NCBI RefSeq assembly: GCF_006345805.1
Contig: NC_042998.1
Coordinates: 73,160,001-73,224,000 of the forward strand
From: Octopus sinensis
Taxonomy: Eukaryota
Length of the DNA: 64,000 nt
Direction: 5' to 3'
A program made the translations under genes and the position numbers. The stretch's first letter is position 1; each line of letters begins with the position of its first letter. Below are positions 26,171 to 39,319 of the stretch, one piece after another. The notes under the pieces were generated by a model. That model was not told the origin of the DNA. It saw only the letters and a program-made list of their open reading frames with translations, and ran no database searches.

Positions 26171-26876
26171 AACAGTAATAACAAGATAATTATCTAACTG
26201 ATTGAGACAAATCCAGAGCTTATGGTTGTAAGTCATATTCGCATCGAAAAAATTCAACATTTTAAGAGACACTAAGCAAGATATACATCACGTCTCTTCT
26301 TCTTTAACGGCATATAAAACCTCATCAAGAACAAATGCATTCCATGTTGTCCCACAATCACCCAACTTAGTTTCCTTTATTGAGATGTGATGTGTCAATA
26401 AAGGAATGATACAATGCGCTAGCTATAAATTTTCTTTATTTGTTATTGGTTTTATTGGTTCGTATAATTATTTCAGAAGGGTATTAAGTCTCCAAAACTT
26501 CATATTCGTTGTATGAATTAGAGACAAATCTTTTTTTCACAAGCGTCGTCACGACTGCAGTTTCGTGAGATGGTTATGTTCTATAAACGGTTTTGAGTAG
26601 GAACCAGAAAGAGAAGTATGAACACGCAGTCCGGAGTTGCATACTGAATTCGTAAAACGGAAAAGAAGAATAAAAACCCAACGCCAAACAAGTTATAGGA
26701 TTGTGTGCATGCCACTATAACACAGCTTTGCGGTAATTTTCTTGTTGAAAAAGTTAGCATATCTCCATTCACTCCGTAGCAAGTTTATATGATAATTATT
26801 TAAATATCAGAATATTAGGTGATTTGGAATTCTGTATGCAACATGTTCAATTAATCTTCATCATCATCATCATCAG

Positions 26877-26917
<41 letters not shown>

Positions 26918-27009
26918 ACACCACCACCACTATCATCATCATCATCATCGATCTAATCAACAGCACATCATACATCTTATGATCATCGCCATAAAGGGAT
27001 CATCATATT

Positions 27010-27226
27010 CCTTTCTACTAATGGCACAAGGCCTGAAAATTGGTGGGGAGGGGACTAGTCGATTACATCGACCCCATTGTTTCACTGGTACTTAATTTAT
27101 CGACTCCGAAAGGATGAAAGGCAATGTCGAATTCGGCGGAATTTGAACTCAGAACGTAGCAGCAAACGAAATACTGCTAAGCATTTCGTTCGGAGAGTTA
27201 ACGATTCTGCCAGCCCGCCGCCTTAT
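27010..27226 (-). mobile_element. SINE family A
   Basis: Full head (reverse complement aaggcggcgggctggcagaatcgttaac), B-box gagttcaaattccgcc and the family core. Confidence 0.85.
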
Positions 27227-27699
27227 TGGATCAACATAATCAGCCTCATCAATGTCACACTTATCACAATCGCAATCGTAAACATCACCATCGTCTTCGT
27301 GCAGTCAACCACCGTCGCCGCAGACATTGTTATCGTCGCTGTACCGTCGCCATTTTTTGAAGCAGTATTGAACTGGTCGAGATGTTAGTGCAAGAACGTT
27401 CTTAGAACTATTTTAAAATTCCTGACATTTAATTATCACAGTAAAATTGCTTGACTATAAATAAAATATAAAACGCTTACATATTTCTAACAGAATGGTG
27501 CCCAACAATTCATGACATTCTGTTATCTCTGTAAACAAGGATTCAGGGAAAAGGGTTAACAAATTTATCTACAAATAAATAGTAATATGATATTTTACAC
27601 TTCAACTGGTTCACCGAAGAAGATTGCGAGATAGGGAAATGCCTACCAGACACGTAGACATATGTGTGTGTGCACGAAAATATATATATTGTTCAATTG

Positions 27700-27740
27700 C
27701 ACACACACACACACACAACACACACACACACACACATATA

Positions 27741-27813
<73 letters not shown>

Positions 27814-28026
27814 GGTGAGTGTGTATGCATGGATAAGTATACATATTTACTTTAAAATATATAGAATATACTCATGTATAGAGAATATGTGTATGTACAT
27901 CTATTATTATACAAGCATAGATATGTATATCCATACACATACATACATATACATATGCGTGCATATATATATATATATATTATATATATATATATATACA
28001 CATATATAGGAATACACATAGGTATA

Positions 28027-28095
<69 letters not shown>
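27700..28095. repeat. (CA)n/(TA)n/(TG)n compound microsatellites
   Basis: Read directly. Confidence 0.9.
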
Positions 28096-28098
<3 letters not shown>

Positions 28099-28597
28099 TG
28101 TTTCTACATGTAAATAAAATATATGCTATATGCTGTCGCACACAAGAATGTATAAACAAGTTTGTGAGCGTTTGTGAGCTTTGATACGCATAGTTTGTGA
28201 GCATCTGTTTTACTATGTGCTTGTTTTACTAGCATGTGCTTGTGTGAAATTTCGTCTTCTAAAGGACTGATGCGTTTATAGAATTGTCGTATTTTTATAT
28301 AATGTTTGCTTGCTTATAACTGTGATTTTTGGGGTTTTGTTTTATTCTTTTTTGTTTCTGTTTTGTTTTTCAATGGAAAACACAATGAAAGAAATACGAG
28401 TGCGGTTGAACGAAGAGAACAATACCACGATGAACAAACACGGCAAACTTTCAGGACGTAGTCGTGAGATTGTGAATAATTATATTACATATGAATATAA
28501 GAAGGTTGTCATTAATGGAATTTATATTAGTAGCGACTATTAGCAGCGAATACTTCTTTACTGAATACTATTCTGGCTATCCTTCTCGTCATGTTGG

Positions 28598-28711
28598 TAA
28601 TAATAATAATAATAATAATGATGATAATAATAATAATAATAATCATAATAATAATAATAATAATATAATAATAATGATGATAATAATAATATAATAATAA
28701 TAATAATAATA

Positions 28712-28755
<44 letters not shown>

Positions 28756-28790
28756 TTAATAATGACAATAATAATGATAATAATAATAAA
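28598..28790. repeat. (AAT)n repeat
   Basis: Read directly. Confidence 0.9.
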
Positions 28791-30283
28791 AAATATATAT
28801 ATTATATGCAGTTATGTATGTATATATATATATATATATATATTATATGCATATATGTATAGATAAATAGATACATACATACATAAAAATACGTAAAGGC
28901 TGACGTTTAGTTGATTGTTATGTGTTTGTTTTATTTCATGGAAGTGCTATAGTATATTGTAACTCTTAATGTAGTGCCATAGCGTATTGTGGGAATGCCT
29001 CTGCAGCCATTGTCAGTGAACATGCGTATATGTTCGTTTAGACCTTTCTTACTGCCTCGTAAGTAGACTCGTGAGTACAACAATAAAACATTGATCGTCA
29101 TGTAATTATATGTATGCTTTGAGTGCAATTCTGCCGCTATTTCCTGCTAGTCTGTCGACTATCTACTGTTCTATTGTCCTGTTTGCATCTTCCATTGTAT
29201 TTGTGTAAATGGGAAGAGTATTATTTAGTACAGCAGTGTAAATATATAAGAAATATCAATGCAGTTTCTTCTGGTTTTTTAACTATTTTTCCTGCATATT
29301 AAGGCTTCAGTAATGACTTATTCTATGTCTCAAAAGTAGGCCGTATTATAATATTCCACTTGTAATTATTAGATTCTTGGAAAGTGGTATTTGTTTCCTA
29401 TTTTGATTTCGCCAATATATGACCCGAAATTGATGACGCAAGTTAGCACCTCTCTCACACTCACTTTCGTTTTCCTTGTGCCAGTCAAGAGAGAATCAGT
29501 AACTTATAACGAAATCTGGGAAGGAAATTCTCAGCATATTGTTGCTGACAAAAATATCAGCATAAACGAGTTATTGTGAGAAGTTTCATGCACAATTCTC
29601 TCTATCAGAAGCTCATGGATAGAGGGGATTTTTTTTTTATTTCGTTTTAATGGTGTAAGTATGGTCGATTAAATCATTCCAAGTACAAATTATACCAACC
29701 ATTGAAGGATGAAAACATGAGAACACCACAGAATCTGAATTCAAAACGTAAAGAACAGGAACAAATGCTATTTTTCCGATGTTCTAACGATGTTGCAAAA
29801 GGACAGCCCTCAGGAAACACAGATATGGAAATTAATAACGGCGGTTTTCACAAATCTAATAATAATCTTTCAAAATCAATACTGAAACTCACAACCCCCA
29901 AATTATGATAGAAAAGGAAATTTCCTGTATATGGAGTCCATTTAACTCTAAAGAATAGCTGCTCCGGAAACTTGAACTACGTTTTACGATCCCTTAACTC
30001 AATATTGGATATGATTTTGTCCGGCAATATTTCGCACTCTCCATTCTGTGAATTATTGTTTCTAATTAAAATAGTTTATAAGCACAAACAACCGTACCTA
30101 TTGACACACATATACACTCGTACAAATCACATTCATACATACTGATATATTTGTGTGTAAATATATATGTATATGTACATATATATGTATGTACATACAC
30201 ATATATATATAAATATATATATATGTATGTATATAAATATATATATATATATGTATGTATATATACATATATATATATATATG

Positions 30284-30316
<33 letters not shown>

Positions 30317-30344
30317 AATATATATATATACATATAAATATATG

Positions 30345-30407
<63 letters not shown>

Positions 30408-30550
30408 ACACATACAGAGAGAGAGAGAGAGAGAGAGTGGTTGACACATATGCATACCTATGTATGACCGCAACCATGCAAGGGCACCATCTATAAAGGT
30501 CTGTTGAAGAAATCGATCCCAATATTTATATGTTATTTTAAAGTCAACTA

Positions 30551-31407
30551 CAGAGCAACCTCGGTTCACGACCATAATTTGTTCTGAAAGTCTGTTCTAA
30601 AACCGAATTGTTCGAGAACCGAATCATTTTACCCCTTTACAATTACTGTAAAAGATATTAATTCGTTTCCAAGCACCACGTGTTTACACTATATATTTTA
30701 GTATAAACACGTTTATTGAAACTGTACATAACACACAAAAGTGGGTTATTTCTTAGAATGGGAGTCCCCTTCTATAAAAAACTTACAACTTTCATTGGCT
30801 TGTGCCCTGGGAACGCTTTTCCTCTTTAGTAATATAGGTCCTATTTGGCATTTGTTTCCAAAATAATCATGATCCTATTTTATCCCCGTTAAACACTTGT
30901 TAGGGGGGATAACCTTCTTCCTTTATCAAGTCACTGAACTCACAAATTCTTCACTGATACTGTCACCTGCTGTTTCTAATTTATAAAAATAAGCAATAAC
31001 TTTCCATGTCTTCGAGTATCTTTAGTCTTTGTTTATTAATAACAGTCACTCCTTTTACAACATCAGCTCCATTTATCACTTCCTTATTTTTTAGAAGAGC
31101 AGATATTGTCGACTTAGGCATACCGCACTGCACAGCGAGATGTGACACACAAACGGCATTTTCGTGTTTTAGGATGATTTCTTTCTTCACTTTAATCGTC
31201 TTTCTCTCAGCATAACACACGAATGTATATAATACGGCGTGTAACTCACAAATGATTCCATCCGAGTTATCTCGGTTCTGCTCGATTCGGCAATGTTGTT
31301 CGAGAACCGAAATTATGTTCGATAACCTAGGCATTTTCATCTCGAATTTTCATTTCGAAAACCGATTTGTTCGACATATGAGACTTTCGAGGACCGATGT
31401 TGCTCTA
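30551..31407 (-). mobile_element. pogo/Tigger deletion derivative with TIRs, TA TSD and N-terminal HTH (CENP-B-like) coding remnant
   Basis: TA|cagagcaacctcggttcacga ... tcgaggaccgatgttgctcta|TA. ORF 30981-31340 contains RKTIKVKKEIILKHEN...GMPKSTISALLKNKE. No DDE domain is present. Confidence 0.85.
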
Positions 31408-31464
31408 TATTCATATTATTGCTCTCTAGTAGAACCGCTACGTTACGGGGTAACATAAACAGAT

Positions 31465-31665
31465 CAACACCGGTCGTCAAGTGGCGGTGGGGGATACGTG
31501 CACACACACATACAAACACATATATGTCAGGATTCCTCATAGTTTTCGTCTACCAAATTCATTAGCAAGGTATTAGAAGATACTTTCCAACATATTACAC
31601 AGCGAGACTGAACCAGAATCCACAGGACTATAGTTCGAGGTTTCTAGCCACACAGCCATGCCTGC
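31465..31665 (-). mobile_element. SINE family B, decayed
   Basis: Reverse-complement head gcaggcatggctgtgtgg and core aatttggtagacgaaaact. Confidence 0.65.
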
Positions 31666-33169
31666 GTTTGTAGGCATCAGTGCTTCGTTACATATATATG
31701 TATGTGGGTGCGTGAGTGCTTGTCTGTTTGTGTGTATGCGTGTGTATGTCTGTGTTTGTATCAGTTCTTCACTGATATACAACATTGTGTGTGTTGTGTG
31801 TGTTAATGTACAAACACACGCTCACATGCACACACATATCGCTATGGTATTTTGTCATCATTCAGTGTTATCACAGGCTTGGATGATTGCAAGTTATTCG
31901 TTTCTGTCATTACACTGTAGTTTTCTTCCTAAGTTTTTAGCTTCTCTGTTTATTGTATTATAAATGTTGGTATTTGATTTTTCAGATGCCTTTGCTATGC
32001 AGCTATTCAGAAACATTTTGTAGGTGTTTTCGTCTGCCGCTTGTTTGTCTTTGTCATATCAGCAATCATAAGTGTTTTTCCAGACCCTGATGTCGGCAAG
32101 ATTTCTGCTTAGCATAAGTCTTAAATTTTACCTTCATTAACATTTTGAAGAGGCCAGTTTCAATTTAGGCGTGTACTGACAAGCTTTTATTTTACAGTTA
32201 ATACAACATATCATAAGACATTCTCAAATCACGTACATATTACTTCAGGTTTGTTCTATGACCACAGGCAAAATATAACCCTAGGCTCACGCAAACTCTC
32301 ATTCCAGGTCTACACAAACACTTACCAGGCCAAATGACCACAAACTTGCACGCGTAAAGATGCTGTTGAATAACTGTCATGCACATAAATGTCTAAGGAA
32401 ATATAAACTGATACATAAATACGCACATAAAAAATGAAATGCTTGTATTCTCACAATCATTCTGTAAATCGCTCAGCCGTGACAAGCACCATTTATTATG
32501 GATATAGCTACTCATAATAGATATGACTTTAATTTCGTTTTCAAATAACGCCTTCACTAGTAACTAAAATTCTAAAAAGAAAACTCTACACATACGTAAG
32601 TACATTCACAAAACAAGATTACGTCGGATCAAGTAAGGCTCCAACAAATACTGACAATGCTCTAACCAATATATAATGGCACATAAAACAATAACATAAA
32701 CAAACAATGAAGTGGCAGGCTGAAAAACAACTCCAAGTCAATGAACATACGAAGCTACACACCAGGCTGCACACACAGGTAGATAAGATATAAATACAAC
32801 TCTATATCATGTTGCAACATTTCTGGCATGAAGATCGCCTTGGTGAGGAACTCGACTTGCAATCAAACTGGCAGTAGCAGTTGCAATATATATACTTACA
32901 TATACGTATACATATATGCATACATGCCGACATATGTACGTATACATACATGCATACACATATATAAAATATATATACATGATATATAAATATATATGTA
33001 TATGTATATAAATGTATGTATATATATATATGTATATACATACATTTATATACATATATCACGTGATCACGTGACCAATCACGTGACCGATCACTTGACC
33101 GACCACACCATCAGATGTTGCTACGTATATATATATATGTATGTATGTATGTATGTGTGTATGTATAAG

Positions 33170-33330
33170 GGCAGGAGTGTCGGTGTGGTAAATAGCTTGC
33201 TTACCACATGGTGTCGGGTTCAGTCCCAGTGCGTGGCAAGGTGGGCAAGTGTCTTCTACTATAGCCTCAGGACGACCAAAGCCTTGTGAATGGATTTAGT
33301 AATTGGAAACTGAAAGAAGTCCGTCATATG
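33170..33330 (+). mobile_element. SINE family B, 5' half
   Basis: ggcaggagtgtcggtgtggtaa...gggttcagtccc...tagcctcaggacgaccaaagccttgtg. Confidence 0.8.
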
Positions 33331-33364
33331 AATGTATATATATGTATATGTGTGTGTGTATGTC

Positions 33365-33697
33365 ATTAGATAAATAGGAGCACTCCGTAGGTTACGATGA
33401 AGAGGGCACCAGCTGATACGATCAACGAAGCAGCTTGCTCGTGAAATTAACGCGCAAATTGCAGAGCACTACACAGATACGTGTACTCTTAATGCAGTTC
33501 TCTGGGAAATTCAGTGTTACACAGAGTGTAACAAGCCTGGCTCTTTGAAATACAGGTACGACTCATTTTTACCAGTTGAGTGGACTGGAACTACATGAAA
33601 TAAAGTGTCATGCTCAAGGACACAACGCGTTGCCAGGAATTGAACTCACGACCATGCGATCGTGAGCTGATTGCCCTAATCACTAAGCCACGTGCCT
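33365..33697 (-). mobile_element. tRNA-derived SINE with family C head/core and a different tail
   Basis: Reverse complement: ggcacgtggcttagtgattagg (A-box), gagttcaattcc (B-box), gtgtccttgagcatgacactttatttca core. Confidence 0.8.
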
Positions 33698-33730
33698 TTA
33701 ATATGTGAGTATACACACACACATATATAT

Positions 33731-34190
33731 GGCGTAGAAGTCGCAGGTGGTAAGTAGCTTGCTTCGGAACCATATGATTCCGGGTTCATCCCCACTGCGT
33801 GGCACCTTGTCTTCTGCTATAGCCTCGGCCCGACCAAAGCCTTGTGAGTGGATTTGGTAGACGGAAACTGAAAGAAGCGCGTCGTATATATGCATATATA
33901 TATATATGTGTGTCTGCGTGTGTGTGTGTGTGTGTGTTTGCGTGTTTGCGTGTGCGTGTGTGTGTGTGTGTATGTGTGTGTGTGTATATTTGTGTGTCTC
34001 TGTTTGTTCTCCCAACATCACTTGACAACTGATGCCGGTGTGTTTACGTCCCCGTAACCTAGCGGTTCGGCAAAATAGAGTGATAATATAAGTACTAGGC
34101 TTACAATGAATAAATTTTGGCGTCGATTTGCTCGTCTAAAGGCGGTGCTCCAGCATGGTCACGGTCAAATGACTGAAACAAGTAAAAGAG
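33731..34190 (+). mobile_element. SINE family B, near full length with internal (TA)/(TG)n
   Basis: Head, core and tail ggcggtgctccagcatggtcac...gactgaaacaagtaaaaga are all present. Confidence 0.85.
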
Positions 34191-34192
34191 TG

Positions 34193-34258
<66 letters not shown>

Positions 34259-34877
34259 GCTCTGGTGTGATTCGCATAAGCAAACTGTCTTCTTGCTACA
34301 TTATGCTAAATAAAGCGTCACACAATTTTCCATGTACAAGTAACTCCACGATAAGTGTGTATGTGTGCGTGCGAGTGTGCCTTTGTGTGTGTGTGTGTCT
34401 GTTTGGTTGTGTGTATGAAAGAGAGACACACAAACAGGCAGACATAGCTATTATAAATATATACTAAAAATGTCCATTGTATGATTAGAGTTTTGAAACG
34501 AAGAATATTCTGTCAAAGGGAACGAAAAATAGTAACGCAGTGCGGAATCTCATTTTCAGTCAAAAGTAAAATTAATCATTTTTTTTTTTTAACGATAGAA
34601 AAGCTTTCAACGACAAAGTTTCGGAAATATACAGTGTGTACTAGTCAAAGAACTGGTAATCTCTCTATGTAAACGAAACTCTACTTGAAGATTCGCTGGA
34701 AGCAAAGAATCCACTCTACCTTAATAACTATATCCTCGTTGAAAAATTCCCTGACGTCATTGTAAGGTTTGAAGTAGATACTCTAATGCCAGTTCAACCC
34801 CAGTAAACGAACAGCTTCAGTTGTCAGTGAATGCAGGTTATTTCAGTGAAGATACGTTGTGTTGTACATATATATGC

Positions 34878-34941
<64 letters not shown>

Positions 34942-35579
34942 TATTTTTACATCGTTGTGTAGGTGTGTGAATGTACGTGTGTAAATGCATAGAAACTTTG
35001 TGCGGATGTGTTTGCATCTCACCAAAAATAAGCTGCTCTCTTATGAAACGTAATCATGATATGTCAGTTCAACGAGAAAATAGAGTGGTTTGGCAATAAT
35101 GAGCAAAAGTTGAGAGAAAGTGAAAAATTAGCAGACGTAGAAGAAAGTGTTTAGTGAGAATAGGAAAAGAAACTTGTACAATGGCGCTTGTTGTGTTGTT
35201 GTGATGTGACTGTTGTGGTTCTAGTAATGCTAGGGGCGTTAATAGTTGTAGTAGTTGTAGTTGTAGTAGTGGTTGTATTTTATTGTCTGTAGTAGTGTTT
35301 GTGGTTTTAGTGTTTGGATTAGTAGTACTATTTGTATTTAGTGCTACTGTTGTAGCAGTGTGAATGTTTATAATAGTTTCAGTGAACTTAGAGGTGTTAA
35401 GGGTTAGGGTATAAGTGTTTTCACTGTTATTTTAGGATGTAATAGTAGTATTTGCTGTGATAGTTTTAGCGATAATAGCAATACTACTGATGGTAGTATT
35501 TTTAGTCATGATGGGGGTTGTCTTAGAGTATGCCATGGTATTCGTGGTTGCAGTGAAATTAGTGTATGGGTAATTACAA

Positions 35580-36000
35580 CCGTGTTTCGTGGTCTGCTAC
35601 CACAACAGCTCCTTTATAGGATCCAGTTAGCTCAAGACATCATCAGGACGAACCACGTCCGGTTTCGGCCCCTACTCCTCTACCGTTTTCACGTGGCGGG
35701 GCCCTTCTTTTCGGAGGTGTCTTCAGCTATTGTGTTGGGTGCATGTCTTCTTTCTTCTTCTTTCTTCTGTTCCCTGGCCTCTTCGATGTATCGTCAGTGA
35801 GTGTCAGCCGATGACTGACTGACTTGTTAAATTTTTCCCTTGAAATACCTGCCCACAGTCTCCAGCAGGCAGCCCCAGCAAGTTGTCACGTGACACTGTC
35901 TCACCTTAACTGCCTAGTGAAGGCGCCTAGTTTTAGCCCGCGCATTCTCTAAACGACCGTCACCTGTCAGTCAGCGGCTGAAGTGGTTGTAGCAGTGTGA
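35580..36000 (-). mobile_element. GC-rich island with hammerhead-like motifs, possibly a PLE pseudo-LTR
   Basis: The minus strand has gaaaccggac, a GACG-tggtt-CGTC hairpin, CTGATGA, a long hairpin and GAAAC. The GC content contrasts sharply with the flanks. Confidence 0.4.
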
Positions 36001-37384
36001 TTGCAGCAATGGGAATATTAACGGTAACAGTGTTTGAAATGCATTATTGTTAGCAGTGATGTTAGTATTAATTCGTATCATTAATAACCGGTGATCTTAC
36101 TGTTGGTTATCTTAGTATGTAAATAATAGGTGTTTGAATTGATGGGGATTAGAATAGACGTGTAGTGGGAATGTTGCTTCATGACCAAGCGAATACTTGA
36201 GTGGATTTGTGCTGATTTTGTGTCGGCGGTGACTTATGTACTCGCTAACTGTGATACAGGGTTGCCGTTCCATTGATAACGAATGTGTGTTTAAAATAGA
36301 GCTGATGATGTCCGGGATAGTAGTAATAATGTCAAGTACAGTAGAGTTGATTTGTAATCTAGTATTAGGGATGTGTTTCATGCACTGGGGCAGTGAAGCT
36401 TAAGGTAGAATCCCTGTTTAATATATCATTAGATAAACGAGATAATTTTTGCAGCAGCAATTTAGTGCAGTGAGAAACAAGACGGACAAAAATGATGAAA
36501 GGCCTAATGTTACTTTTCAGGGTGCCTATACACTGATCGAGGTAATGTCTGTACATTATTATACATTGGTTATTCTACTTTCTGTATTGATGATCATTAT
36601 TTATTGGTCAGTGTACTGTTACAATTTTGGAGAATATGTACTGTTCAGTGTATTGATGGCATATTATCTGTACTGATACGGTCTAAATAATGGTTATTGA
36701 CATATCTAACCCGTGGACGTATGTTACGGTCAATATAAACATCATTATCAATTGTGATAACATAACTATTAGTGTAATGTTTGTATTCATGATATCTATT
36801 ACTATACAGGTTCTTGTTAGTGTTCATGTCCTACAATCGAGTCAATGTAAGTTCTATATTCGTGTGTCTTAATGGTCAATATGCCCTCGTTTCTGAACTA
36901 TAAAAATTAATTGTGACTACGTACTGCTCACTTACATGTTTTGTTGGTCAGTAAGCTATTTAAAAGCTTCGACATGGGTGAGTTGATAACTGGATATATA
37001 TTGCAGCTATCTTTAGAAGTACAAGAATTATTTATTCATAAACCATCCTTATCTTCATAAACACAAACAAACACGCACATACACACAAACACACGCATGT
37101 ATATATATGTATGTATGAAAATAAGTATATTTACATATATGTACATATCATTTATATGCGTGTGTGTGTGTATATACATATATAAAATATACGTATGTAT
37201 ATATATATATGTATATATACATATATAATATATGTATATATATATATGTACGTATATGTATATATGCTTACTTTCATCCATACATGTATACATACATATA
37301 TGCATGCGTGTGTTTGCGTGTATATATATATATATATATATAGATATATATATGTGTGTGTGCCTGCGCATAAACATATATATG

Positions 37385-37453
<69 letters not shown>

Positions 37454-37882
37454 ATACGTATACAAATGCATACCTACGTAAACAAATAAGCATAGGCACA
37501 TACATTCACACAGAATACTTGGACCTTAAAGTAAGCTGCTGCTATTCTTTTGATTGCACTGCAAACGCGTGACCGTCTCTCACTAACGTGTTCTTAACCA
37601 CCTAGAATCCAGTTTCATTTCCAAAGTCTCTCTTTCCGAAAGCTTGACGAGATACTGCACGCTACCTACCTAATGAACTTTAAGTTATATAGATCTGAGT
37701 CAAGTCTTTAATAAATCTATGAAGGAATATGCGTGTCTGTGTGTGTGTACGTGTGTTTGTGTGCCTGTGATTATGTATGTATGCATGTACGCATGTATGT
37801 ATGCATGCATGTATATATATATACACACACCGATATATATATATATACATATATATATATACATATATATGCATATACATAC

Positions 37883-37916
<34 letters not shown>

Positions 37917-37935
37917 TATACATAACACATATATA

Positions 37936-37983
<48 letters not shown>

Positions 37984-37999
37984 ATATATATATGTGTGA

Positions 38000-38336
38000 A
38001 GGCGCGTGGCTCAGTGGTTAGAGCGTCGAGCTTACTATCGTGAGGTTGTGAGCTCGAATCCCGGACCGGGCTGCGTGATGTGTTCTTGAGCAAGACACTT
38101 TATTTCACGTTGCTCCAGTTTACTCAACTGTAGAAATGAGTTGCGACGTCACAGGTGCCAAGCTGTATCGGCCCTCGCCTTTCCCTTGGACAACATCGGT
38201 GACGTGGAGAGGGGAGGCCGGTATGCATGGGCGACTGCTGGTCTTCCATAAAAACAACCTTGCCCAGACTTGTGCCTCAGAGGGTAACTCTCTAGGTGCA
38301 AACCCATGGTCAGTGTCTAACCGAAGGGGGTCACCA
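38000..38336 (+). mobile_element. tRNA-derived SINE, family C, full length, inserted in (TA)n
   Basis: A-box tggctcagtggttag, B-box gagctcgaatcc, core ttcttgagcaagacactttatttcac; aligns with 5820-6137. Confidence 0.85.
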
Positions 38337-38374
38337 TATATATATATATATATATATATGGAGCAAAATGCAAT

Positions 38375-38610
38375 AGAGTGCAATAAAGCATTCAGGCAGA
38401 CGATACGAGGTGGACAAGACCAACAACAATTGGAATTACAGGCAAAAAAAGACGGGTCATTCGTGGCCTTCTTTCTTCAGTCAAGTCCCAGAAGTCACAA
38501 CTGTTTCTGGCAGTTAGACTTGAGACGGTTCGATCTGATTGCCCCAAAAGATGTCTAAGCTAAGATCATTAGACTCCTTTATACGAAAGCTAGCGAATGT
38601 TTACGGCAGC
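38375..38610 (+). mobile_element. Possible RTE-like RT fragment, heavily decayed
   Basis: KAFRQTIRGGQDQ and AKIIRLLYTKAS resemble the RT QxGFR..RG..DQ and KIIRL..LY motifs. Confidence 0.35.
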
Positions 38611-38787
38611 AAAGACAAAAAGCGGAGAACATGGCACAGGAAAAAACGAAAAAGGAACATGGTACACAATTACGAATACAAACAACAAAGAAATATATAT
38701 AGTTGAAATTTACAAAAAAATCTAAAGACGAAGTTAGATGTATAAACAACAAGCACGTGTATTAGCTTGATGCTCTGGAAAATGAGT

Positions 38788-38823
38788 CTTTTACGTTTCG
38801 AGCCTACGCTCGTCAACAGAATG
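38788..38823 (-). ncRNA. Minimal hammerhead-like motif with CUGUUGA core, in a ~200-bp repeat (~38695-38890)
   Basis: Reverse complement: catt-CTGTTGA-C-GAGC gtag GCTC-GAAA-CGTA-aaag. Confidence 0.5.
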
Positions 38824-39214
38824 GAACAAGAGGAAATAAACAGAGAGAGAATAGAGGGGGTGTTTCTTTGTGACAGTGTGTCCACATACGTAAGAAAGTT
38901 CGATTCCCAGGGAAGTTGTGCACTTTATTTAGCATTCATCGTAGTCAGCTCTCTGGATTTACATGGAATCCGATCTTCTCCGCTCTTTTTGGTGTATTTC
39001 AAAATAGGAATCATTCGTTTTTAATCGAATCACTTTACGCTGTATTTACTCCTCGCAGAAATATTTATCGTTCGGATTTTCTGGAGTTTCAGTTACATGG
39101 ACACATTATTTTACACTACATTGCATTGATTACTACGTTGACTGATAGCAGATTCGGAATGAAGTGCTTAATGCGATAATTGCATGATACACAGGATGCG
39201 TATTTTATGCAATT

Positions 39215-39312
<98 letters not shown>

Positions 39313-39319
39313 CACATCA

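Noticed and set aside
27545-27559. AAGGG|TTAA piggyBac-like right end
   Set aside because: I could not find a matching TTAA|CCCTT left end.
28310-28543. 77-aa ORF and a nearby minus-strand GIY-YIG-like guess at 28931-29128
   Set aside because: No convincing motif; the similarity is too weak to call.
34752-34759. Perfect CRE palindrome TGACGTCA
   Set aside because: A single 8-mer is compatible with chance, and there is no promoter context.
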